Below, in pieces: positions 28,153-44,837 of a stretch of DNA of 64,000 nucleotides. The position numbers and the translations under genes were made by a program. The stretch is from the human T2T-CHM13v2.0 reference genome, Homo sapiens. Where the stretch lies: assembly GCF_009914755.1 (NCBI RefSeq), contig NC_060929.1; one strand, 5' to 3'. The notes beneath the pieces were generated by a model. It had not been told where the DNA came from. It saw nothing but the letters and a program-made list of their open reading frames with translations, and made no database searches. Positions within the stretch are counted from its first letter, which is position 1. Every line of letters begins with the position of its first letter.

Positions 28153-30780
28153 TCCTAAAAATATAAATGAATAATTTCAACAGAAGCAAACATAATCGAT
28201 GCTGGCTTGGGATATCTTATTTTATGTGACACTTATTTTCATAAATGGGTATTGATACTACCATATCACTTTATCAATTTATGATTTTTTTTGTATTTAA
28301 TTGAAGACTTTTCTTAGAGAAATTGAGATATCATTTAATAGTAGTGAAAAACGTGATTTAACAATTGATCTACTTTAATAAACAGGAGCATATTGTCCTT
28401 ATTGAAGCCTTATTTCTATACATGAAACGATAATTTACAAATAGAAGTGGGAACCAAGCCCTATACTTCAATTAGACAATTTTTGACGAAAATTAACCAT
28501 TATTAACTCTTAAAATTTTTGTGGATATATTATTGCAAAATAGCTGCTAAACTTAAGTTTTTTTTTTAAGGTTCTAAATTAACTTACTGGCTAATGAAGA
28601 CTAGAGAGACTAGAGTTGAGAAATAAGGTGTAAGTTTTTTTTAAAAAAATCGTGTCCAGCACTCATCCACTCAGTAAAAGGAAACAGTATCTAGTTAACT
28701 TAGATACTGATTTTTAATAATAAGTAGTAAAAATTATTAATGAATGCTCAGAAAGGGGAAATATCTGAAAGTATTTCCTATGTAACTCGTGTTCTAGCCA
28801 ACATTGCTTTGTATTTTTTTGTCTCTAATGTCTTCATTTATGAAGTTTTGAGTCATTTTCCATAGAATAGAGATAACCTAGATTTTGTCTTTTGATTCAC
28901 ACAATTCAGCTACCTATACACACTGACTTTAAGTTGGTCAGTAATTTTTATATTATTGAAGTTTGTGTTCTGCTTGAAGTTCGATTACTGTAGTTCCTCA
29001 TCCTTTTGCAGAGGTATCAGAGGTGGGTACCAAGCATATTTTATTTATCCATTTACTATCCTTATTACTTCAGAGCCTCAGGTTGCACCTTCAGATTACA
29101 TTTTTAAAAACTATGAAAATGATAGAGTCATAAAAATGGCAATAATATACTAGTGGAAGAAAAGATTTTTGTCTTAGGGCCTTGTAGTTCACTAACTGGG
29201 ATTTTCCTTAGACCAGGGCAGGTAGAATATTATAGAAAGTGAGGCCCTCGACAAAAAACAACCTATCATAAATTTCCTGAAGCATAAAACTGAGAATCAG
29301 TAACAGGAGATGATCTCAATTGCCAAGGAACATATTCAAAGAATGATGATCTTCTGAGGTAACCAGGCCTTGAAATACACTCATTTGCCCTAAGGATTTT
29401 ATTAGGTGGCTTCTAGGATGAGTTCTATTTTATATGTCCAAAATAGACTCATATGTCAGAATATTTTTTTTATAATGGAATAAATGGTGAGCCACAGTTC
29501 TCAGTAAGCATTAACAATTTATCTGTAAAGCAACTGCTATTTTTGGACTGAACTATAGATGTATTGATAGATGTAAATGATGACTAAGAAGCATGATTAC
29601 CTCTGTATTTGGGAATGTAATTTTAAAGCAGTGTTAAAATTCCAGGAAGTCTGTTATGTTTAATGTGCATAGATGCAAATGGAAGCATGTGGAGTAGTCA
29701 GTATTTATTTATTGAATGAATGAATCTAATGCTGACAGATAAATGGATTTTTAAAGGAAATAACTGTGAATGTAGCAGACCCCAATCCCACTTTTGTGTT
29801 TTACTTAAGATATTATTAAAGGGTTCAAAGACAAATTAAAATGTAATTTAATTTAAAGTGTAAGTGTATGCTATATAGTAGTGTGGTCTGTGAGAGGGGA
29901 GAGTATGGAATATTCTGAAAACCAGTCATGTCAGATTAGGATCTTTAATTCCAGTAAAACTGGGGATTATTGCACTAAATATACTATTTATTATACAAAC
30001 TATATTTTTTTAACTAGTATATAACAAAAGTGTTTGTTTACTCATTCTTGAAACTAATCAGAAAGCAACATGTAGAGATGCGGCACTGAAACTATTTGAA
30101 CCATCTAATGAAATTTGTGACTTAGGGGATCTTAAAGCAGTTTAGTGTTCTGCTATAAAGCCAGGAGTCTTAGATAGAGGCAGGGCCTTGCTTCATATTC
30201 TGCTGAATCTTCTTTTTACTTTAAGCCCTTGGTACCTGAGTAATAGCACTTTGCAAAATTCAGAGTGTGTTAGGTTCAGTAAGAGTCTGTAACCTAAATG
30301 GCTTCTTAAGGTTACTTCTATCTTTGAAATTGTCTGTGCTATATTCTCCTTGGCAAAGCAAAAAGAAAATCTACTTTTTGAAATAAATCAAGTTGACTAA
30401 ATATACATAGGTAACTAATTCTCTTTTTATGTATTAAGCTAGTAGAAAAGCCTTTGTAAAGATACGTGCCACAGCCATTGTATTTTAACTCAGCAGTAAG
30501 TTATATCAGAAAGTTTTCTTTACATATAGTTGTAATTTTGAGGTATTTTTTTAAAAATCAAAAGTAAGATCATTTCTAGCAGCAGCTGTATACTTAAGAG
30601 GATACTGAGCTGATGTTTCTGTACAAAAATCGGACAGGCTTTCATTGTGGAGCATTTATGTCCAATTGTAAAGGTCTAACTTAGGAAGCAGTTGTTTCAG
30701 AGGAGGGCCATTTAATACATTATTTTAATTGCCCTAATTATACATTTTTCCCATTTCTTTTAATGAATTTGGGATGCTTT

Positions 30781-31237
30781 TCATAGCAAAGACTTGGAAC
30801 CAACCTAAATGCCCATCAACGATAGACTGGATAAAGAAAATGTGGCACATATATACCATGGAATACTATGCAGCCATAAAAAGGATGAGTTCATGTCCTT
30901 TGCAGGGACACGGACGAAGCTGGAAACCATCATTCTCAGCAAACTAACACAGAAACAGAAAACCAAACACCAAATGTTCTCACTCATAAATGGGAGTTGA
31001 ACAATGAGAATACATGGACACAGGGAGGGGAACATAACACACCGGGGCCTGTCATAGGATTGGGGGAGAGGGGAAGGATAGCATTAGGAGAAATACCTAA
31101 TGTAGATGACAGGTTGATGGGTGCAGCAAACCACCATTTCACATGTATAACTGTGTAACAAACCTGCACATTCTGCATTCTGCACATGTATCCCAGAACT
31201 TAAAGTATATATATAATTCTTATCTGAAAAAAAAAAA
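30781..31237 (+). mobile_element. L1PA7-like 3' end, 5'-truncated
   Basis: ORF2 C-terminus and 3'UTR with aaatacctaatgtagatgacaggttgatgg and tatcccagaacttaaagt. Confidence 0.85.
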
Positions 31238-31531
31238 GACACTTAATAGATTGTTGGGGGTTTCAAACTTTAGGTGGCTCTTTTTTCATGAAGAATTTCT
31301 GAGGAAGATATGTTGACTTTATAACCGAATCTAAACTTAAATATATATATATATCTTATATATATATCAAGTATATATATATATAATCAAATTTCAACTT
31401 AAAGTATATATATATATAATTCTTATCTGAAAAAAAAGACAATAGGTTGTTGGGGGTTTCAAACTTTAGGTGGCTCTTTTTTCATGAAGAATTTCTGAGG
31501 AAGATATGTTGACTTTATAATCGAATCTAAA
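31197..31531. repeat. Direct duplication of about 137 bp (31197-31335 and 31396-31531) with a 60-bp TA-rich spacer
   Basis: Both copies read aacttaaagtatat...ttgttgggggtttcaaactttagg...gaatctaaa. Confidence 0.95.
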
Positions 31532-33169
31532 ATAAATGAAAGTGAAACCACTACTTAGAACTCTTTTCTGCCCCTTTGATTTTTTTTTTTTTGAAGCCAG
31601 TAGAAACTCCATATGTGGAGGGAGATACGTTACTTAGAACATATTACAGTAAGATTTGATCTCACAAAAGATTAAGTAGAATCTAAAATTTGAGTTTTCA
31701 AAATTATTTTATTAAGTATATTTACAATTTTATTCCTTAGTTAAAAAGATTAATTTAAAAATACTTTATGGAATGAAGGGAATTCCCATTAGCATAATTT
31801 TCTATGGAGGGCTCAAAAACAATCTTCTCATATATCCTAAAGGAATTCATTGTTGAAGTAGCAATGTAGAATCTCATGATATGAATGGCAAGCTTCAGAT
31901 ATTAAAATGATTGTTGAATTTTTTTGGTAGCTTGAATGAGATTGACTACTTGTCTGGATTTTTTTTTAACTGTTGGGTAAAGACTAACCATTGCATAGAG
32001 TATCATTTTTACATAAAATCATTGGCCAGAACAATGGCTTATATAGCCCCTGATATTTCATCCACTAATACCTGAAATGCTCACTATGAAAGAGACTTTA
32101 TTAAAAATGCAGATGAATTATTTTGGGAAAAGGGAACAAAACATTTTCAAACTGGAATAGTGGTTCTGAACCCTGTGACTGGACTCTAAGCTCTGACTTG
32201 GTTAGATCACTTCCATCACAACTGTGTCCTTAGCATTTAGCACAGTGCCTGGCACATAAATGCCAGAAACTGATATCGCTTGTCTCTTGATTTTTCTGGG
32301 TTAGAACTATCTAGAATTTCTTCTCTCCTCAATATACTGCGAACTTAACTAAAAGTCAGCAATATTAGTATAAATATTTTGTCATTATCAGTTTATTATC
32401 TATTTTATTAAAGGATACTTATTAAATAAAGTGGCCAGGAATAATTTGTTAAAGTTTATTTCTGAATTTATGTGCTTAAGGGCAAATAATAATTTTACCT
32501 TAAAGCAAAAGGAAATAACCAAGGATTGCATTGTTAAAGGTTTTCAAAAGGGAGACATCAAAGTGTTTTAACAATATTGTTTTTGATTGCATAAATGTGA
32601 TATGGGAACTTCAATAATGCTCTTCCATATGGTGCCTGCGAATTTGCTGTTTTGGATTGTTTGCTCTTAGCAAGTATAAGTCTTACGTATTTGTGATAAG
32701 CATTGAGAGAAGCTTCATGCAGTTCAAGCTAACCTCATAGGAGCCTTAGGATAGAGATTACATGTTTGTCTCAGCTACAGTTCAGAATGCATTGAAAAGA
32801 CCCAGGAAGGCTGTCAAGTTGGCAATGGCACCTAAAGGCTGTCCCGATGGATGCCTGAGAAAATGCATTTTTTGGTCAGTGAATGGGAGGGTACAACAGC
32901 CTGGCAGACTAAATCTCGTCTCTATGCTCCAATTGCTCAACTTTAGCTTATTTTGAAGGAAAAGAAAAGTAGTAATCTGGAAGGGACAAGATATTTTTAG
33001 ATAAGATTATTAAAATGACTATTGGCTATTCTGAAATAACATTATTAATTGTTCTCTTTCCAATAAGTATTTGTGAAGCATTTCACCCTCAGCCTTCCTT
33101 TAAGTTTTTTAGATATGAAAAAGAAGGGGAAAAATATCAATGTAACAATTATCTTAAACTCTGAAATTC

Positions 33170-33690
33170 TTCTCTCTGTCCACAACTTCCTTATTTTCAA
33201 CTGTATTTATGCTTCTCTCTGAACATTCTTTGTATATTCTTTTTGTCTCAAGGTCCTCAATGACATCAGTCCTCTTTTATTTCTCTTGCTTTCTTACTTA
33301 GTCTTGACCTTGGCTACTTCAGCAATGCCCACAACAGTACCTAGGTTCCATGTCCCTTGGCTGTATGCTTCATGTTACACCTCTATTGCCACTTCCCAAT
33401 CCTCTTTTACAATCCCCTCTGTCTTCTTTCTTTCACTCCCAGGTTTTGTGAATAAGTAATCTATAGTACCTGGACTTTTTCGTTATTTGTTCCAACTTCA
33501 ACTCTTTTTCTTTTGGCTTCTACCAAAATCAAGCTATGGAAATTGCTTCCTTCTAAGTTACTAGTTACCTTACAATCACCACATCTAATGCCTTCATCTT
33601 TCTTGACCACGTTGTAACATTTGACACTACTGACTAAGCCCCTTCCTCTTGAAATTATCTCATTTTTGTCTCTGTGACACTGGTGACAAG
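33170..33690 (+). mobile_element. L2 fragment
   Basis: catttgacactactgac ... cctcttgaaa and the pyrimidine-rich L2 signature. Confidence 0.45.
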
Positions 33691-35773
33691 GAATATATTT
33701 TTTATTCCCCCCTTTCTAATAGGTCATTTAACTGTTGTTCTATGGCAGTAGTTTGAACATCTCCCCTAACTCAGAGTCCTTGCAGGAGGGTTGGAGGTCA
33801 ACCTATGTAAATCAAGATGAATCCAGAGAGGAGGCATGGGGCTGAAAATGAGAATCTGAATCAAGAGTCATGAATATAGAGCTGATCGTAGGGGATCTTG
33901 GGAAATTACCTCCAATAAAGCAGAAGTGCCCCCAGCTTTCCATTTTGACAGCAGGCATCCTGATAAGTCAGACTGACTTAAAAACACATGGTTGGAATCT
34001 GGCAACAAGAAACTTGGAGGCTGAGGATGGATTCCATGTCTCCCTCTGTCTACCTTATGAACCTATCAACCGATCCTGGCTTCCATAATCACTCAGCAGT
34101 TGGGAGAGAGGCTGCAGGAGCACACCTTGGGTGTTTCTGAGGTGGGATGCCAACTTCGAAAAATGTTTCTTCAAATCATACTTCTTTGATCACGCAGGGT
34201 ATTGGAATTAACCTTACTGCCAGAGGTATCTAGTACCTTTTCCTCCATGTATTATACCTTGGGTCCTTGGGGATGGCTGAGAGAGGTGCACATGGTGATA
34301 CGTGTAGAGGGTAGTGGTGGGAAGCAAGAGGGGCTCTGCACTAAGGAAAGTAATTGTCAGTAGAAGGTGAAGAATGTTAAGTTGTGACTTTAGATTGGGC
34401 TGTGAAATAGTCAGCGTTTTTAGCAGTTTGTCTGAATCTCCCCTCCAGAGGGGTATTAGGCTAGCTGTGCTAGGATATTAGCCAGGTTGCTTGTGTGCTG
34501 TTAGGTTCCTGAATCTGGGATTCCTGTTCAAGTTAGCAGGGAGTACTCAAAATCAGAGAGATAGAACAAGTCAGAATCCATTAAGGAAAGCTGAGTTTTA
34601 AACACCAGGAAGTGTCCAAAGAATTGGAGGGAGTGATGGTGTCAAGAGTTTGAAGTTAGGCAGAAGTAAGACTGCAGTGAGATTAGGTGGGGATAAAGTG
34701 AGGAGGATCCTAAGCGATTACCCTCACTAATTTCAAGTATGCTGGAACTTCTTTGCAGTTGATGGATGGATGGTATTTGACTGTGTCAAGAGGTTTGAGG
34801 GGTTAGGCAAAGCTAAGAGGTAGTATGAACATGTAGGTAGAAGAACCAGATGGAATCTGTAATTTTCATGCTTTCTTCTGGCCTTTGTCCTTGTCTATGT
34901 ATTCTTTGTGCTAGTCTCTTGCTTGCTAGAGGTTATCTGCTGAGTCTTCCTGGATGGTATATAGCTGTTGCAGGGATTGTTTGGTAGCTACGGGTGACAG
35001 CTCTGCCCAGAGGTTCTGGGAAGCAGCTGAGTGGAAGCTGTAGTGTCTAGGGTTATATCTCTCCTAATCAGCTGCTCGTTCCTTCAGTGTAAGATCCATA
35101 GCTTATTTATCTTTGCAGCACTTTCCCAGGGGATGATTTTGAATGAATGACATACTGGAAGGTGTATTATAAAGAACAATGAAATTTTACTCTGTAGAAA
35201 GGCTTTTTGTGAACATAACCAATGTGACATTATTGCTCTACAATGGGCATTTTATGAAATAATGAAGAAAAAATTCAGAATATACATACATGCATCTGCT
35301 CCAAGGTATATTAAAAATGAAATTTTAATTGCCGTTTATCCCAAAGGACCAAAAGTGTCTTATTGGACACAAGATCTTTTTAAATAAAAGTCGATCCACC
35401 TTCCATACTGGAACTTTTACATATAAGATGATGTAGTTTAGTGTTCTTTTAAAAAATAATAAACGAATGTTTCAGGAAACCTGTGATAGACTGAATCAGG
35501 TGGAACTGATTTAATGTTATGGATAATTACATAATTAGTGATGTAAAAAATAAACCATACTATCTACTTGATGGACTGGAGCTGCTGTGAAGGAGGTACA
35601 TAATTATATAATCAGCATCCTCCTCCTGTGCTGATTCTAGGTAATACTTTTTCTGACTTGTCTGAGAAGGGATCTCCTGTCTTATATTTCTTGATGTTAT
35701 TTAAGTGAAGAGAGCTGAGTGTTCAGTAATTCTCAATTCATGAGCTAGGTCTATGTGAGAGCATCCACTGAAC

Positions 35774-36011
35774 CCAATGACTTTCAAACTTTTTAAATAT
35801 AAACCCATAATAAGAAATACATTTTACATTAAGACCTAGAACACTCCACACATGCATACCTGAAACCAAGGTTCATGAAACAATTCTTACTCTTTCTGAT
35901 CTATTCTACTCAATCTACCCTGCGCTATTTTGTTTTTTAAAAATGCTGGTCAAGGCCCAGCAATTGATTTCAGAACTTACTAATGGCTCATGAGTCACAT
36001 TTTGAAAATAC
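35774..36011. mobile_element. hAT-Charlie element (Charlie4a/MER80-like)
   Basis: Termini ctttcaaact ... tttgaaaatac; internal taagaaatacattttacat and aaaatgctggtc. Confidence 0.6.
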
Positions 36012-36094
36012 AACCTTTGACCCTTAGTGGTTGCTAACATCAGCAGAAGGGATTTGGAAGGTAACATATGGGTCTGCCAGGGGCTTTGTGTAGC

Positions 36095-36390
36095 AGGTGG
36101 TGTGGCATGGTTGAAAGAACAAGGGCTTTAAAATTAGGGAAATTTGGTTTTACATCCCTGCTTTCCCTCCTTCTGTGTGACTTTGAAAATATTACTGAAC
36201 CTCTTAAAGCCACAAATCTCTTATCTAGAAAATGGGATCCCAAATACAGGAGTTGGGAGGTTGGGAACTGGGAGCTGTATGTAAGCATGTATGGGTGTGG
36301 ATGTGTGTATTAAATATCATGAAGTAAAACAGTTGGCTAATGCTGTGAAAGTAAAACACATATGTGGTAGGTGCTTCATTAAGTTTAATT
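36095..36390 (+). mobile_element. MIR
   Basis: gtgtggcatggttgaaagaac ... ctgtgtgactttg ... tctagaaaatggga. Confidence 0.6.
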
Positions 36391-38310
36391 TGCTCTCCAC
36401 ATCTTTCTCAACTACAGACACCTCAATTGGAGAAAGATGTCATTACAATCCCTACCTCGCAGGGTGGCTATGAGGATCAAATAAGATGGTGGGAGCCAAA
36501 GGTTTACAAATGTTCACTTTTATTAGAGTAACCTTAAGGCAGCTTTACTGTTTCAGAATAAATCTTTGTGTGAGTAGAATGGTGAGTCCTGCAAATGGTA
36601 AGTGACAAAACTAGAAAACAAAACTGGTTTTGAAATTCTGTATCATAACTGTTAGTAGCAAGACTTGTTTGGAGATACAGTGGTACTATGTGTTGACACT
36701 GAAATGCTGCTCCCAAAACTGTTGAAGGATGATTTATAGTGTTTATAGTGCCTATTATAAATCACAATATACATTTGAAGTTCCATATTCCATTCTATAT
36801 AAAATTATTCCACAAAGAACTTTGCTTCATCAAGACCTGGAAAATGAACACGAAGACAACTAATTACCCTTTTGTATAAAATTTCTGTCAATTTTTCTTT
36901 ACCCAAAGTAGAATACAGTATAATAATTTAATTGTAAGACTTAGAAAAACGTAAACGCCATCTCACAATGTGAAAACTTGGGATGGTGGGGGAGCTTTCT
37001 ATTGTACTTTTTTATATTTTTATAAAACCCCTTTTTTCTTTAAATATGTTATAGTTTTTACAACTTCTGCAATAGTTTATGACTTTGAAATGCTAGTTCC
37101 TTTCTAGTTTTAATTTTGGACTTTTTTTGCCTGAAAGGACATTTTTTGGTTTTGTTACTATCTGTGCTCCTTTCTTTCATTCATCTTTTCTTTGGTATTC
37201 TACTGAGATTGTGATTATTTAGTGGTAACCTGGGCTTTGTTGGTTATGTGGAAGGGACATAAATCAGCCAAGGCAGGTATGAGGCAATGACAGCTACAAA
37301 GCATCTTCTCCATATCTCTTATTCTCCACGGTACCTAATCTCTGGTTGCTCCAAAATGATTCATTCTCACTTTAAGCATATGTTGGTTGATTGCACTTAA
37401 TTTTTATGCCATTTCTAAGTTTCCAGTCCCTTAACTTGAATTAGAAAATCACCTAACACTTTATGTTAAGTTTGAGTCACACTTAGCGATAGTCAGGAGA
37501 AAGGACCTGGCTCCTTTAAGACAGAAGCACCTTTTTTCTCTGCCAGAAAGCTCATTGTAAAACTGAAGGACTTAACCAAAAAGGGTTTCAATGTAAACTG
37601 AATATTGATAGAGAAGGGAGGTTAATTGGCCTTAGTTACTTGGTTGCTAAGGTAGCATTTTCCTGATTGGGAGGAGAAACCCTCCTGGGTGTTGCACAGC
37701 TTCTTGTGGACCTAAGATGCTTTGTTTTATCTCTTGCTTTCTGTTTCTGAGTTGGAAGAGGAAAGAGCAGAAAGATATCATAGGAATGAAAAGCTGCATG
37801 AAGCAGATGGTTAGGCTCTCTCTTCGTTACAGAAAGAGAGAGAGCTAAATACTGACTAGCAACAAGCCAGTGCCAGCAAGGACTCTTTGTTTAAGGCAGA
37901 CGGTTGGAAAATACCATAAGGGCAAGATATAAAGAGCTTGCTGGGAGGACATAGAGAGGTTAGACCAGAGTGTTTTCAGTGCCTGAAACATGTAGGCAAG
38001 AGAAATCAAAGGCTATTTTGAATGGCATCCAACATCTGTGTGAAATCATGGGGTTAAAATGTTTTCAATATGGTTAGATTTATTAAGAAAAATTATTTAG
38101 TTTGTATTTAGTTGTTTGTGTTTTGCAGGTTTTATACTATATTGTATGTTTAGCTAATTTAGAATTTGTTAATCTATAACTATTTCAACAAAATGTTATA
38201 AATATCTCATGTTATTGCATAGTTCATCACTTAATAATGAAAGTAACTTTGGAGTAAATAAATTACAAATTTTTATTGAAATATTTTTTCAAAGCAAAAA
38301 TGTCTGTGTA

Positions 38311-38653
<343 letters not shown>

Positions 38654-39697
38654 CTATTCATATATGCTAGGCTCTCTGATTATACTTAAGTAGTTTGTAA
38701 AGTTAGTATTTCCACATACTGAATGATACTCCATTAACCCTAGGAGTTAGTGCCGATACTTATATTTTGCTTAATTTCATTTTTTTCCTTACTGATTCCT
38801 TCAACAAACATGTTTTTGGCTATCTTTTGAGCATCGGGTACCGTGCTGAAGGATACAGGCATAAAACACTAGGAAATAGTGACACACTTCTCAGGAGAGT
38901 TTGGAAAATACAAGTATTTTTACTGGTATTTTCTGATTTGTAATAAGTTTCTTAGGTCTTCTTCATTATGGGTATTGAATGTTATTATTTGTACTGAATC
39001 TTATTTAAAATTTTAATGGCAATTTTAATTGTAAAATCTTTTCAACAGTATTATTATTTTTGTGGACATATACTTAAAGAGAAGACTAGAATTTCTTGAC
39101 TCCTCCTAAAACCTTGGAATGTCATAGGAGAATACAGAAATCCTCCTTGGTAACTTTTCTTCAATTTACCTTAGGTTTCATGGCCATGTAGTTCTTGTGT
39201 TGTGAGTGTAGCAGGAGGATCTCAGACAAAAAGCAAATGTGGTAATACTTTTGAGGGCCTCTGATTATAGTAATATTCTCAGGAAAGCTAGTTTAACATG
39301 GAATTATTTAAGTGTAGCCAGAGAGCTTAGTAAATGTAATGATGGTCATCAGTGATATACTAGAAGTCAGATAATATTATCAAGTAAAAAAATTCATAGA
39401 ATAGTAGACTAAATTGGACTCCCTCAATTGTATAGTAGTAGGATAATATGTTAAATATGTGAAGAGTACTCAGTGGTCCTTTTTCCTTATAAATATTGAG
39501 ATACAGGTACATTCTGGTTGTTTAAAAAAATTGTATGCTAAATCCACATTTTCAGATCGCCTAATTCTAATCTTGCTTTACAATCCATTGGTTTAGGCTT
39601 TTGGTAGCCATTGTAATTTGGATTGCCTTTCAAAGATTTGAGGTTTGGTAAATGATAGGTGTCTTCAGGGAGAAGGGAGAACAATAATTTTGAGATC

Positions 39698-39992
39698 CAG
39701 CTGGGCATGGTGGCTCACGCCTGTAATTCCAGCACTTTGGGAGTTCGAGGCAGGCGACGCTTCAGCTCAGGAGTTCGAGACCAGCCTGGGCAACATGGCA
39801 AAACCCCATCTCTATTTTAAAAATACAAAACTAGCCAGGCATAGTGGCGTACGCCTGTAGTCCCAGCTACACGAGAGGCTGAGGTAGGAGGATCACTTGG
39901 ATCCAGGAGGCAGAGATTGCAGTGAGCAGTGCAGTGAGATCATACCATTGCACTCCAAGCCTTGGTGACAGAGCAAGACCATCTCAAAAAAA
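39698..39992 (+). mobile_element. AluJb-like
   Basis: gctcaggagttcgagaccagcctgggcaacatggc and ggaggatcacttg motifs. Confidence 0.88.
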
Positions 39993-41083
39993 CTTCACTG
40001 AAAAACAAAAAAATAGACTAACAAAATATAAGATTCAGTGTTAAAAGGTAAATATTTTATAGAGATTTTGAGCAGAATCATGAATAAATGAGAGAAACTA
40101 GCATTTGTAATAATAATATTTTGTGGGTTTTTGGATGTCCTGTTTAACTCAGTATCCATTACTTTATAAGTGTATTGCTTATTTTTTTGTAGCTGTAAAA
40201 GAGACTATGCTGAGCTCAGATTAAAAAATTTTTTTTTTTTCAGAACTCAACTGCTTCTATTAAGATATGAAGCTCAGCTAGTAAACTCATTAAGTAAAGA
40301 CCCTAGGCAGTTCTCCAGTGCTGAGCCTGAAAGCGCGGTAGTGCAGACGTCTTTGCATCACCGTCATGAATGACCTTGAAGAAAGCCAGCACTTTATAAA
40401 GCAAAATCCTGTCTGTGGCACTTCGTTCTGATTTGATTGATGCTTTAGAAAAAGCTGTAAGATTTTCTTTTCTTTATAATGTGGGGTATATATTCTTTAT
40501 ACTTCATAGATTTTGCACTTGTCTGGAGTATTTTGTTGGCAGGTTCTTATAGGTTCTGATCTTTCACTGACTGTAGTACAAGTAAGGGATGAAATCACTC
40601 TCGTTTGATCAATTATTATTAGGGAGTAAGGTCTTAGTGCATTGGGATCATGGTTTTTAACGATGGAAAAATACTGACTTTCTAACTTAAGTGTAATATG
40701 GTCATTTTTCTTCGATTATAATTTTTCAGACATCTCAGTTGATTGAAGGTTCTTTAATACTGAGATTCTATGATTTATATTTTACAGAGGATATACATTC
40801 TTGTCTGGCCACTATCCCACGTACTTTCTTGGATGGTTAGTTCCCCTCTTTTTAGTTTTTTCCTTTCATATGCAGTAAAGGCTTTTAGTACACATTTTTG
40901 TATCCAAAGAAGACACCAGAAGTCTGAGAAGATAAAATGATTATTTTACCTGATTGGAGTTACTTGGGCATTTCCTGCAAAAGAAGCTATCAGACAAAGG
41001 CGCAATCATTCCTATGACTGCTGTAACACTCCTATAGGAAAAGTGGGGAAAGCTTCAGCATTTTGGCTCTGGAAAATGTGTGT

Positions 41084-41381
41084 GCCAGGTGTGGTGGCAC
41101 GCGCCTATAGTCCCAGCTACTCAGGAGGCTGAGGCAGGAGGATTGATAAGTCTAGGAGTTCTGGAATGTAGTGCACTATGTCAACTGGGTGTCTTTGCTA
41201 AGTTTGGCATCAATATGGTGACCTCTCGGGAGCAGGGGACCACTAGGTTACATAAGGAGGGGTGAACTGGCCCAGATTGGAAATGGAGCAGGTCAAAACT
41301 CCCATGCTAACCAGTAGTGAGATGGAGCCTGTGAATGGCCACTGCATTCCAGCCTGGGTGACATAGTGAGACCCTTCCTCT
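41084..41381 (+). pseudogene. Full-length 7SL (SRP RNA) retropseudogene
   Basis: Alu-domain ends enclose the S domain (ctaagtttggcatcaatatggtgacctc...ggagcaggtcaaaactccc); A-rich tail to 41422; imperfect TSD gaaaatgtgtgt / gaaagtgtgtat. Confidence 0.93.
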
Positions 41382-41835
41382 AAAAAAGAAAAAAGAAACT
41401 TTTAATAAACAAACCAAAAAAAGAAAGTGTGTATGAGCTGTATTGGGCCACTGGGGCTAGGTGTTTAGGGATTAACACAGGCATTGCAGTGAGGTAAAGG
41501 TGGAGTGCATATCAATTGTAACCTGGTGAATTGCAGAGGCTATTTAGAGTCCCCCCTCTACCAAGGAGCTGTGGCAGCCAGTGAATTCAAACTCCAGTAT
41601 CATACCTCCATTGTTCAGGATCTGAACTTATTGCTTCTGATCTATGCATGCTAATGGGACTCTGAATTTTGCTTCTTGTTTAGCCCTCTTTTCTGCTTTT
41701 ATGTGTACTTTGTCTAGTCTGAGTCTCCATGTGTTTCTAACCTCATTCTTGTAGTTTCATTCAGATTCTTCATCTGTCTCCCTTGGTGTCATTATTTGGT
41801 TTGATGCTCTTTGGTTATATCTGGGCAAAGCCAAT

Positions 41836-44837
<3,002 letters not shown>

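Noticed and set aside
33770-35050. G-rich unassigned stretch
   Set aside because: No ORF or termini I can support; probably a decayed ancient repeat.
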